Assembly: GCA_002811645.1 (NCBI GenBank)
Contig: PDIP01000049.1
Location: 86,517 to 150,516, forward strand
Reading direction: 5' to 3'
Length of the DNA stretch: 64,000 nt
Origin: Corallochytrium limacisporum Hawaii
Lineage: Eukaryota; Protista; Pluriformea
Translations under genes and position numbers: made by a program
Notes under the pieces: generated by a model
Told to the model about the DNA's origin: nothing
The model's input: only the letters and a program-made list of their open reading frames with translations
Database searches by the model: none
Part shown: in pieces, positions 32,856 to 42,761 of the stretch
How positions within the stretch are numbered: the stretch's first letter is position 1
Layout of the letters: each line of letters starts with the position of its first letter

Positions 32856-33232
32856 TGTTATGGTTTTTGGCGGGTTTTCTGGGTGCCAACGACGTCGGGT
32901 GCTTCCCCCTTCTTGACCCAAAATCCCCCCGTGGTTTATGCTCAATTTCATTTGTGTTCCTTGACTTTGTGTCATGTCGTGACCTTTGTCGCTGTTGCCA
33001 CAATGAACGAGTGGTATATGAAGATCCATAATTATATAGACAGGGATAGATGGGGTAAGCCCACGGTAGAAAGAACTGGACTAACTAGTAGAGACGCCGG
33101 GTGAACGTGTTCGGACGCCCAACAGGGAAAAGCAAAACCATGGGTCAGCCGTGAGAGTTTGGGCTTCGTCAAACTGCTTTCAAGGAGTAGAATTGCACAA
33201 AACATAATGTAGGAGAGAGCTGCTGTCACACT

Positions 33233-36200
33233 ATGGAATCTACAGAGCTGGAAGACACCGGGCAACTAGGCTCGCTGCCGAGTCTCCACGACTTGGCGTT
33301 GCAAGCGAAAGAGCCGTTGTCAAAGCGAAGCTCCTCTTCATCCATCAAAACATCACAAGCACCAGGGTGGTCGGGTACGGATCGACGGCGGGGAAGTGCA
33401 GTGGGAATAGGAGCCTTCTCCCAAGAGCCGTTGCTAACACCCCGCGATGATACTCTGGAGTTATCCACGGCTTTGGAGAAATCAAGATCCAACACCTCGA
33501 TACGGTCCGGAGGCAGCAACCACAGTGGTTCCGTAAATGGATCGGGGAGACCAGTGCGCAGTAACAGCGCTAGACGTCGAGCACTCGAATCTTCGGGTCA
33601 GAATCTTAGTACGTTTATGGAGGGGTCCTCAAACATCAAAGATTATGTAGTACTCGACGACCTGGGCGCCGGCAAGCATGGAGAAGTCAAACGCGCACGG
33701 CATATGCTCAGTGGCAAGGAAGTGGCGTTGAAGTTCATTCCCAAGGCCAGTATGAAGCGCAACGTTCTAAAGGAGGTACGTTCACTGAGTCTGCTGCGTC
33801 ATCGGCATATTGTGAAAATGTACGAAGTAATCGACACACCGGAGCACGTTGTATTGGTTCTTGAGTTACTGGAGGGCGGTGAGCTGTTCGATTATATTGT
33901 AGCGCGGTCCAAATTGAGCCCAACGGAAGCAAGGTCTATGCTGCGGCAGGTAGTCAGTGCGCTAGCGTACAGCCACAAGCGGGGCATTGCCCATCGGGAT
34001 CTAAAATTGGAAAATCTGCTCCTCGACGAGCACGGTGCTGTCAAGATCAGCGACTTCGGATTCTCGAAGGCTATTCTGGATGAGGATAGTATGATGCAGA
34101 CATTTGTGGGATCACCCGCCTACGCCGCACCAGAAATCTTGGCCAACGAGCCATACGGTGGAAAGAGTGCGGATGTATGGTCCTTGGGGGTTATCATCTA
34201 CATCATGTTGGTAGGCACCATGCCCTTTGGGGAGGAGACCACGGATGATGCCATCCACGGCGGTATGTCCTTCCACCATATCATCGATGGCCAGGTAGTA
34301 GACTATGTTGAGGGAGTAATTGAAGAGCAAGTGGCACAATCTGGTAACAGTAAGTTGCCAGCGTCATGTCCACGATCAAGTGGTTCCAGTATGGGTGAGG
34401 CCAGCCCGGTAAACTTATTCTTGCGCATTGACCGTGCAGAATATACGCTACCGGCTGGTTTGCCTGAGGACGCCCGAGATCTGATCCAACGCATTTTGGT
34501 ACGAGAGCCAAAACAGCGCATCACCATTCCGGAAATTCTGCGTCATCCATTCCTCTGCGGGTCCGATGAGGACGAAGACCACGTTATCCCGAACCAGCAG
34601 AACATGGAAAGTAGTGATACTGGTCTGTTCGGATCGAATGAAGAACTGAAGGAACCGGAAGAACACGCTGGCTTCGAGCTGGACCCCCAAATCGTCAGGC
34701 AAATGGAAGCAAACGGAATTAGGACTACGAATCTCAAGAACGATCTTCAGCACCGGGCCGCCAACCGGGCCACCACGGCGTACCGTCTCCTGCGCCAAAA
34801 GATTGAGGAGAGGGAAGCGGAACAGGAGGAGGATAGCGAAATTGCGGCGATTGCTGCCCGGCTGGCAAATGTCAGGGCCTCAGGCATGCTCGGGCCATCG
34901 GCACTTGGGCTGACTGCACCGAGTTCAGTAGGTCTTTATTCCTCATTGGAGGATACACATAGTGCCAACTCCTCACCCATGAGCTCTCGGGGAGTCTCGC
35001 CTTCGGATCGCAAAGCACGAAAGAAGAACAAAGCCGATAAGGGTTCGACTAGAGGTCGCTGGCAATACCGCAAAGACCGGAGTCCTGTATTGGCTGCGGG
35101 CAACAAGGACGTGACAAGCTTGCGGTCGTCAAAGAGCTCCTCCATGCTTGAGAGGGACACCCAAGCGCTGGATACAGATGGTGTGAGTAGCAGCACAGAC
35201 GGATCGCCAGCAGCAAAGAATCACGGTAGCGCCCTCACTGCTAAGGGAAGCGACGACAGACCATCCAAACGTGCTAACAGCGTTGAGCGCCATTTGAGCC
35301 GAGGCCGCCGCAGCGAATCTCCGGCAAACGGCGCGTCCTCTTTGAGCCCTGGTATCAACCGCAGGCGCACGCGCACGCGCAGAAACCATCGGCGATCGGT
35401 ATCACATGTCCCAGATTCAGACCCCGCGTTTGTTCCTGTGGGAGCTGCAGCGGTTTCCGCAAAGTCAGCGCAGCTACCTGTCTTACGAATGACCAAATCT
35501 TCAAACGAAAACCTTGAGAGTGAAGACGCCAAGCAAGTGGCTGCGTCGCAGCCCGGACTCATGTCATTGTCGCGGCAGTCATTCCATGGTAATACTCCGG
35601 TACCAGAGGAGAAGGAAATGTCTATCCTGCATTTGTCCCCGGCCCACAGCGATACTGTGACTGACAGCACGGATCAATTCACTAGCACGGATCAATTCAC
35701 CTCATCTTCAACAATTTGGGCGAGTCATTCGAGCGTCGTTACAGTTGGAGGAAGCGGTAGTTTGCTGATGCTAGAAAGACCGGAGGATCACCACGACGAG
35801 GGATCTGAACTGCCACAAGCGGATCCATCGACCGTGGGCAAGGGACTGCCCAAGGCTGCGCGCCCTGCCGTGGCCGCCAGCGGTCCGGGGCTGAGTTCGC
35901 AGAGCTTCTCGGATGTCAGTAACACCAACGCCATGGGCGAACCAGATACGGCTCAGTCGCGCCGGTACCATACAGAGACGGGTCCTCCCACAGGAGCCAA
36001 CGGACGGTCAAGCCTGCTTCAGAAGTTTGGCATGCGTCTGACGCGTGCCATGCGCGGCAGCGCGGAGAACTACTTTGAGGAGTCTGCGGCGGAGAGGCAA
36101 CTATTAGTCGCTTCTGGGTCGCGCAGCCGCGAGACGTCACCATTCCGCGGTGGCGTGTCAGAACCTGAGACGGCGACCAATCTGCGAGCTTTTGGAGTGG

Positions 36201-36559
36201 CCACGACGTCAATGCTGGAACCAAGTGTGCTGTTGCGGCACGTCAAGGCCGTGCTGCAAGACATGCCGGGACTTGACTTTACACGCCGGGGCAAGTATAA
36301 GGTCACAATCTTTGCCGACCCCGATGCGATTCGGCAGAACCGTAGGTCTCACGGTGAGTGGGTCGAGGACGAGGCCGGGTACCGCTTCGCACCGGTTTCG
36401 CCTTCATATGAGTTCCACGTAGTCCTCACACTTGCGGTGAACCGCCTGCCAAAATTGAAGATGAGCGGTGTGCGTCTAAAGAGGGTTGAAGGAGATCTTT
36501 GGTCGTACAAGTGCGTTTGCGACGCCATTACCAAACGGCTCATCACAGCACAACGATGA
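33233..36559 (+). CDS. AMPK-related Ser/Thr kinase (MARK/MELK/BRSK-like) with UBA-like and C-terminal KA1 domains
   Basis: LGAGKHGEV, VALK, HRDLKLEN, DFG, TFVGSPAYAAPE, DVWSLG; TTAYRLL UBA-like end; GVRLKRVEGDLWSYK KA1 motif. Confidence 0.93.
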   Translation: MESTELEDTGQLGSLPSLHDLALQAKEPLSKRSSSSSIKTSQAPGWSGTDRRRGSAVGIGAFSQEPLLTPRDDTLELSTALEKSRSNTSIRSGGSNHSGSVNGSGRPVRSNSARRRALESSGQNLSTFMEGSSNIKDYVVLDDLGAGKHGEVKRARHMLSGKEVALKFIPKASMKRNVLKEVRSLSLLRHRHIVKMYEVIDTPEHVVLVLELLEGGELFDYIVARSKLSPTEARSMLRQVVSALAYSHKRGIAHRDLKLENLLLDEHGAVKISDFGFSKAILDEDSMMQTFVGSPAYAAPEILANEPYGGKSADVWSLGVIIYIMLVGTMPFGEETTDDAIHGGMSFHHIIDGQVVDYVEGVIEEQVAQSGNSKLPASCPRSSGSSMGEASPVNLFLRIDRAEYTLPAGLPEDARDLIQRILVREPKQRITIPEILRHPFLCGSDEDEDHVIPNQQNMESSDTGLFGSNEELKEPEEHAGFELDPQIVRQMEANGIRTTNLKNDLQHRAANRATTAYRLLRQKIEEREAEQEEDSEIAAIAARLANVRASGMLGPSALGLTAPSSVGLYSSLEDTHSANSSPMSSRGVSPSDRKARKKNKADKGSTRGRWQYRKDRSPVLAAGNKDVTSLRSSKSSSMLERDTQALDTDGVSSSTDGSPAAKNHGSALTAKGSDDRPSKRANSVERHLSRGRRSESPANGASSLSPGINRRRTRTRRNHRRSVSHVPDSDPAFVPVGAAAVSAKSAQLPVLRMTKSSNENLESEDAKQVAASQPGLMSLSRQSFHGNTPVPEEKEMSILHLSPAHSDTVTDSTDQFTSTDQFTSSSTIWASHSSVVTVGGSGSLLMLERPEDHHDEGSELPQADPSTVGKGLPKAARPAVAASGPGLSSQSFSDVSNTNAMGEPDTAQSRRYHTETGPPTGANGRSSLLQKFGMRLTRAMRGSAENYFEESAAERQLLVASGSRSRETSPFRGGVSEPETATNLRAFGVATTSMLEPSVLLRHVKAVLQDMPGLDFTRRGKYKVTIFADPDAIRQNRRSHGEWVEDEAGYRFAPVSPSYEFHVVLTLAVNRLPKLKMSGVRLKRVEGDLWSYKCVCDAITKRLITAQR
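35664..35700 (+). repeat. 18-nt tandem duplication in the kinase linker (STDQFT x2)
   Basis: AGCACGGATCAATTCAC repeated. Confidence 0.85.
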
Positions 36560-36645
36560 TGTATTTTACATTCGATACAATTAGACTATATTTTCTATTC
36601 TTTCTGTTGATATTCGAACCCTGTTATTTGTGCAGGAAGCCATTT

Positions 36646-39306
36646 TCAGGCTTGTCGCGTCAGAGGAACACGGGGACCAATGTTCCCAATCGCCAACCTT
36701 ACCCCCATCATCCAAACGGGGACATGAACAAGGAGCACGAAGGGCAAGGTATAAACCGCCATATCATTGGTACCCTCGTTGTCGTCTACTCCGATGTTTG
36801 GCGAAGTCTCTACCAGGGCCCAGAGCATGGCATCGAGCATCACCAGGAGGCCGCTTGCATCGTCCCGTAGAGCCTCAGTTCCCAGGCCCAGGGCCGTGGC
36901 ATAAGGCGATGTTGTAGCCATCCGTGCATGCGCACCCAGTGCCTCGACAGGTGACCAGGCCTCAGCTGGTAGAGTGGTCAAGTCCCGTTCTGCCAGCAGG
37001 GAAGCCAAGATCATCGGGTTCCGTAAGTCATTGCAGGCTGACGGACTCGTTGACAAAGATGGTAGGCCGAATGCGTGCGGATGCGTCACAGCCAGAAGCA
37101 CCAAGGGGGTCAGTGGACTGGCCCACACTGTAAAGATCACGGCCTGCGTGAATGTGCGGATGCGTCTGCCAAGTGACATCGGTGACTCAGTACCAAATTT
37201 TAGCGGCTCTAGAGGACTGCTAATGAGCACAGCAAGGGGCAGGCCAGCTGTGATCAACAGCACCAAGCTGAGCGCGAAATTGAAGTAGAAGAGTGGCAAA
37301 AGGATCATGGCTGCCCACAGTACGGTGATGCCGCGCTCAATATGCCACTGTGCCACGGAGACCACATCATACTCCATGGTGGAGAGAACGGCAAGGGAAA
37401 TGGTCGCACCCAGTGCGCCATTAGCAAAGACCCAGGTACTGTTGAGCTCCAGGAGCATGACAATGACAGACCAGATCACCGAAACTATTGGCAAGTAGCA
37501 GCCCCTGAACAGGATTCTTGCCAGTGACCATGCTTCCATTGTGCTGAGATAGGCTTGGACCGGCAATTCCTTCTGGTCTTTCACCTCCGCCTTGGTTCGT
37601 TTGCCACGGTACCCAGACGACGGAGATTGACGCTGCTGCTCTTCCGTGCTTTGTATCAGTGCCGAAAGCATTCCAAATAGTAAAGAGGACACAGCAATGA
37701 CCAATAGAGCTCCCACCATGAGGAAGATAGCAATTTGGTATCGTTCATTGTCAATGAAGAAGTCAGCATCGACCAGAAAGTACAGGAAGAAGCTCTGGTG
37801 CACACGCTCGAGGAGGTTGTTAGTCGCCCTGAATTGTAGCTCCGCTGCCTTCAGCGGCTCCAGCATTGCTCGTGACGCACGAGACACACTCACCCTCCGC
37901 TTGCGCGTTTTGGAATCCTCCAGTATGAGCGATTCGCCGGGATTTGATATGCGTGTGGCATGCAGGTCCATACTGGGCATCCCGTAACCGCCAAAGACAC
38001 CATGAGCCCGAAGAGGCACGCCCATAGCCTGGGCGCTAAGGCTCTGGAGAATTGAGTTCAGGCGCTGGAAGACACGCATTCGCAAGGTCTGTTCAGTGGG
38101 GCTCAGCGGTCGATCCTTGCCTAGCTTACCCGGAGCATACATTAAGTGTTCCTGGAGTGGCAAGGCACCGGCGCGCAGAAGATGAATCAGACTGGACAAG
38201 ACCACATTGTTGCCAGCAGCGGGCCGCACTTTCAAATCCGTTTTGCGTTTGATAATAAGCCGCATGGCATTGAACAGATCCAGATTGGACACCTGGCCAT
38301 TTGCATTTTCTGTCCCCAGCTCCATCAGGGCTACTTTCGCGTCCGCTGTTGGTTTGGGGTAGGAAGGAACCCTACCACCATCAACTATTTGGCGTTCCTC
38401 ATCTCCACATCCACTCTCAACCACTTGCAGCTGCCTGTGTTGCACCAACACATCTGCCTCTCCGTAGCGAGGTTCCGTGGCTGCTGTGAGACCAAAATGA
38501 TAGGAAGCTTGAAACTCTCCCGGAATGCCACCTTGAGCAATGACGCTTTTGGCCCACCTTCCAGCCAATGCCACTGAAGCGGGCAGGAAAGGATTAGGTG
38601 CCGAGGACGATTTCTCGTTCTCGGTTGGTATCAGATCCGGGAAGATAATGAGCAGCACAAGGCTCCGAGCCAAGTATTTCTGCTCCGCAAGATGCTTTAT
38701 CAGTCCCACAGTAGCACCGAGAGACAATGCAGAATCCAGGCTGGATGCCTCTGTGTAAAATGCCGCTTCTCCATCAGTGGGAACACCGTCAGTATCCAAG
38801 GATATCGTCGTGGACCAAAGCACAATTTCCGTACCCAGGGACCGTTTTGGAGAGAAGACATAGGCACTGGTAGCTCGTTGGACAGTAGTTTCACTCTGGC
38901 TCCCTCCCGTCAGTCTCTTGAATCCTAATGGCAGAAGATGGTTCTCAACAGCGGGCAGGATTCCTTCAAGATCTCCGGATCTGAACATTGGAAACATCTC
39001 CTCAGTGATCTTTGCGCAGTACAGGGCCTCATTGGCCTTGACCGTTGACAAGGGATTGTCTGGTACCAGTGCATTTTCGCTAAGGTAGGCTTTTCCCGCA
39101 GCTTGCGCAGCGTTGACAATGTAATTCGCCAGGATCCCAAACCCAGCTGCATACAGGAGCAGCGCAATGATCCACTGCACTCGCACGAGAACTTGCACCC
39201 TAGCAAGGATAGACTTTCGTCGCTCCAGCGTTGCACTTTCGGAGTTTTGTCCGTCTATAGGAGCACCAGAATTGAACAAAATCTTCGAAATCCACGCTCT
39301 CAGCAT
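36646..39306 (-). CDS. GPAA1: GPI transamidase subunit GAA1
   Basis: N-terminal TM, AYLSENALVP, NLDLFN, NNLLERVHQSFFLYFL, multiple C-terminal TMs. Confidence 0.92.
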   Translation of the reverse strand: MLRAWISKILFNSGAPIDGQNSESATLERRKSILARVQVLVRVQWIIALLLYAAGFGILANYIVNAAQAAGKAYLSENALVPDNPLSTVKANEALYCAKITEEMFPMFRSGDLEGILPAVENHLLPLGFKRLTGGSQSETTVQRATSAYVFSPKRSLGTEIVLWSTTISLDTDGVPTDGEAAFYTEASSLDSALSLGATVGLIKHLAEQKYLARSLVLLIIFPDLIPTENEKSSSAPNPFLPASVALAGRWAKSVIAQGGIPGEFQASYHFGLTAATEPRYGEADVLVQHRQLQVVESGCGDEERQIVDGGRVPSYPKPTADAKVALMELGTENANGQVSNLDLFNAMRLIIKRKTDLKVRPAAGNNVVLSSLIHLLRAGALPLQEHLMYAPGKLGKDRPLSPTEQTLRMRVFQRLNSILQSLSAQAMGVPLRAHGVFGGYGMPSMDLHATRISNPGESLILEDSKTRKRRVSVSRASRAMLEPLKAAELQFRATNNLLERVHQSFFLYFLVDADFFIDNERYQIAIFLMVGALLVIAVSSLLFGMLSALIQSTEEQQRQSPSSGYRGKRTKAEVKDQKELPVQAYLSTMEAWSLARILFRGCYLPIVSVIWSVIVMLLELNSTWVFANGALGATISLAVLSTMEYDVVSVAQWHIERGITVLWAAMILLPLFYFNFALSLVLLITAGLPLAVLISSPLEPLKFGTESPMSLGRRIRTFTQAVIFTVWASPLTPLVLLAVTHPHAFGLPSLSTSPSACNDLRNPMILASLLAERDLTTLPAEAWSPVEALGAHARMATTSPYATALGLGTEALRDDASGLLVMLDAMLWALVETSPNIGVDDNEGTNDMAVYTLPFVLLVHVPVWMMGVRLAIGNIGPRVPLTRQA

Positions 39307-39573
39307 GGTGTCCCGATGTTTCTGGTCCGTTGTCTTTTGTTACAAGTAGTCTTTTCGCATTCTGTATTCAGTGACACCGAAACTGCACTGATCACGTCCT
39401 GCGAACAATTTAAGAGGGACCAACGCAATTCGTATCAACCAAATGCTGAGGACCTAGGAGGTTTGGTCTGATTTACCCGCAAGTGGTTCTTCTCGGTTGT
39501 TTGCCTACTTTTGTTGGCTTCGGCGTTGCATCTGTCTCGCCCGTCCGAACGGTGCAACCCTGCCGAAGGGCTG

Positions 39574-39593
39574 CCCCCCCCCCCCCCCGGGGG
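39574..39593. promoter_or_regulatory. C15-G5 island in the GAA1 / MAN1-like divergent promoter
   Basis: Between head-to-head ATGs at 39306 and 39988. Confidence 0.6.
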
Positions 39594-39987
39594 AGGGAAC
39601 CACTCACAGAAAAAGCCACTGTGAGACCCTCGGCCTCCTCGCCTGTCCCCGGCAAACACGGGCCGAACTGGAGTAGCTACATAGCCCCTGTCGTCCAAAG
39701 AGAGCCTTCCCTGAACTAGTCGCCCAGCGGGAATGGGGACCGGCCAGGGCGCAGTTGTGGCGGGAAAAACGGTGGGGTGCATCTGTGGGTGGCGTGGCAG
39801 TGTATAGGTCCTACGACCAAACGCCAAGACCGTCTCAGGTGCTACTTAAAAGCTGTCATCGAATGTTATTCATGTACACAGCATGCGAGCATGGGTCATT
39901 CCAATGGCATAAAGTGAGATGGCTAGGACGGTACATGTATTTCGATACGCCGTAGGAGGGGATCAGAGCCAATTCTAACACGCAACC

Positions 39988-41040
39988 ATGCCGTCAAGGG
40001 CTTTGGCAAAGCCAACTGTGCCTCGGTGGGCAAAAGATCTTGGAATTTTGGTGGGATTGGCGGCGATTGCCTTTGCTATTGCTGTGTATGCACTGCCTGT
40101 GCTGGGGATCACACATAACCCGGAAGACTTTTCGGAGGATCCGAGGGTGCCAGAGTGCAAGAAGCATGAGTACAGAATGGGACGGAAGTGCCTGACTGCA
40201 GATCAAGCGGAGAATATGGTTGTGTTTGTACACGACTATGTGGCAGACTATCTGGAGCAGGTAGCTGGGCATGTTGACTGCTACCCAGAGGAGTACGAAG
40301 AAGACTGGAATGGAAATTTAACAACTATCGAAGTAGAAGAATTAATCTACACCATCATTCCTTTTGACTGGCGCACTAAACAGAGTGAGAAGGATTTGGC
40401 CATCAGGGACCTGGTTATGTTGACTGCAGACTGTATTGAAGACCGGAATATGTTCGTCACCAAGAACTCAGTTCAGCCCACGGGCACAGGTCCCAGCAGT
40501 GACGAATGGGATCGGGCAGCTGCTAGCGAACTGGCCAGAGTGAAATCAGCAGTTAGCGACCCGGACGAGATCTACCCTCCGTCCATTGCAGTGATCGATC
40601 GCAAGTACTGGACAGCGCTAGAGGTCAAGCGGCCGTTCTGGTGCCGCTTTCGACGCGCAGTAGAGCACACGGTGGCAATAATTTCGCAGTACTTGGTCAC
40701 TACCGCACTGATAGTAGGCGGTCTGGCCGTGGTAGTGTCCATAGTTCGTTATTACTTGGGCCGCAGGCGCACCCACCGACAGCTGGTGGACCGTATCAGT
40801 GACGAAGTGATTGAAAAACTGCGCTACGGAAACGATGATACTGAGTACGTCATTGACCACCTGCGGGACGATGCGTATGACGTAGAACGTAGCCATGGGC
40901 AGCGGATATCCCGGGCACAGTTCGCCAAGATTTGGGCGGACGTGGAGAAGAGCGTCGGTCAGGACACTCGCATTCAGAAAGTCCAAGTCACGCGCAAGGG
41001 TATCCCAGCCATGGCCTTCCGTTGGGTGGCGCATCGGTAA
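39988..41040 (+). CDS. MAN1/Src1/LEM2-type inner nuclear membrane protein (two TMs plus C-terminal winged helix), no LEM/HeH domain
   Basis: Two TMs flanking a Cys-containing luminal region; PFWCRFR; IDHLRDD...WADVEKSVGQDTRI...FRW. Confidence 0.75.
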   Translation: MPSRALAKPTVPRWAKDLGILVGLAAIAFAIAVYALPVLGITHNPEDFSEDPRVPECKKHEYRMGRKCLTADQAENMVVFVHDYVADYLEQVAGHVDCYPEEYEEDWNGNLTTIEVEELIYTIIPFDWRTKQSEKDLAIRDLVMLTADCIEDRNMFVTKNSVQPTGTGPSSDEWDRAAASELARVKSAVSDPDEIYPPSIAVIDRKYWTALEVKRPFWCRFRRAVEHTVAIISQYLVTTALIVGGLAVVVSIVRYYLGRRRTHRQLVDRISDEVIEKLRYGNDDTEYVIDHLRDDAYDVERSHGQRISRAQFAKIWADVEKSVGQDTRIQKVQVTRKGIPAMAFRWVAHR

Positions 41041-41803
41041 CCGGTGAACACTGAAATATGAGGCTCTCGCACATTGCGATTGTTTGTCTCATCCATGTAC
41101 CATAGTTATCCCACTTATACATACACATGCGGATAGAAAGTCTTCGGAAATTCCCTATTTCAGCTCACAGTGCCCGGGTCCTGTTGGTAAATCTGCACGC
41201 GATAACGCTGCCTTTGGCTGGCCAGATGCAATGGCCGCCTCTTCGCTAATCGCTCCTTGGCTAGATCGTGCTTCAGAGTGTCTTCTACTTGGCGATTCCT
41301 TGCCAAGGCAAAGTGATGTACACGATTCTCTCTTCCCTCATAGATGAAATGGCCTTGTGGGGAAGGCCAATGTGTAGCGAAGTGGTACCAAATGTGACTA
41401 CGTAGTGGGCGGATAAAATAGGCCCCCATTCATCACAGTGTGAATTCAAAAAATTCGCACTGTCTGAAATTAAGGGCTTCAGTTATTATCAACAAGTCTG
41501 TTTTGACTTTGTGGCGATTATTTTTCCGTGTGCAGGAAGAAAACACCAACCGCCCCCCCTCGCCCCACCACCGCGAGGTGTTCTGGGGTGAAAGAGATGA
41601 AGCGGGCCGTGGCAATCCTGCCTGTCTGTGTAGTGCGTGTGTGTTCGGAACGGGGGCCACAGCGATCGCGGAGATGTCGAAGGGGCCGGGGAAGGGCTTT
41701 CCCGTGTACCCAGTGTAGGAGGGAGGCAAGGGAGACAAAGGAGGTGGGAAGGGAGTGGGGCTAAACAAGACCCAAAAAGGAATCAGAACAAATGAACACT
41801 AGC

Positions 41804-41805
<2 letters not shown>

Positions 41806-41847
<42 letters not shown>
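41806..41847. repeat. (GA)n microsatellite, about 21 units
   Basis: Directly visible. Confidence 0.97.
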
Positions 41848-41851
<4 letters not shown>

Positions 41852-42761
41852 AGTTTTAGAGCAGCACCAGTTTCGCATCGCCAGACGGACGAAAGCCGAC
41901 TCCGAAACGACCAGCTCAGTCATTCACAACCTTTCCTCAACGGAAAATTCGAAAGGCTCGTGGGCGGTTGGAGAGAGATTAACGGGGAGTTGGGCCTGTA
42001 GCGAGCGGGCCCCAAATAAACACTCAGACCAGCGGAGGTGAACGGTAAGGAGGTGAATAGGGAAGGAAAACAAAAATAAAATGGAGGAGAGAGAGATCTT
42101 ACCGCAGGAACAAATAAACAGAGGATAATACCAAGGGCAGGGCCGAAACAAAGTCAACAAAGCCAAGCGCAGCGAAAGGAAACCACTCTCCTTTTATTTT
42201 TGATTTTAACCATTTTTTGTTTCTTTTGTCGCTGTCTCTCTCTTTTTCCTTGCTTTCTTCTTCCATTCCGGAGAATTTCTCATTGAAACGGGACCCGTTG
42301 TTGAGACCAGGGCCACCCTTTTGACAACTGCCACCTCAACTAAACTACACAGAGCTGCAGGCGCTCGTGGTCTCAGCGATGTTTGTGTAAACGGACGGCC
42401 TTTGGACCCCCTACCCCGAGGGGGAGCAGTTCCAAGTATGATGGCCGTGCCTGTTTGGGATCCGCGTTTGAGCTGCATTTCCCGTTCAAGCATTCTACCA
42501 GGAAGCAGATACAGAGAGCGATTGAAGCGAATGAAAAAAAGGATTTAACCAGTAGTCGTTAAAGCTATTTTTTCTAGAGAAGATCTCTTCGTGAGGTAGA
42601 GAGATCTGGGGTATGGAGCAATACAAAACGAATACGCCTAGGATACACAGTTTACAGTCTTCCGGGGAATAGAGGAGTTCAATGATGTGTGTACGTTCCT
42701 GATCTTGCAGACTTTCATACAAACACATAATTTTCGGGAAGCTCTAGTGGTGTCTTGAACC

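Noticed and set aside
32350-33003. 217-aa minus-strand ORF, and similar ORFs at 2189-3663 and 21415-22080
   Set aside because: Low-complexity translations of G/C islands or microsatellites; mostly non-ATG starts
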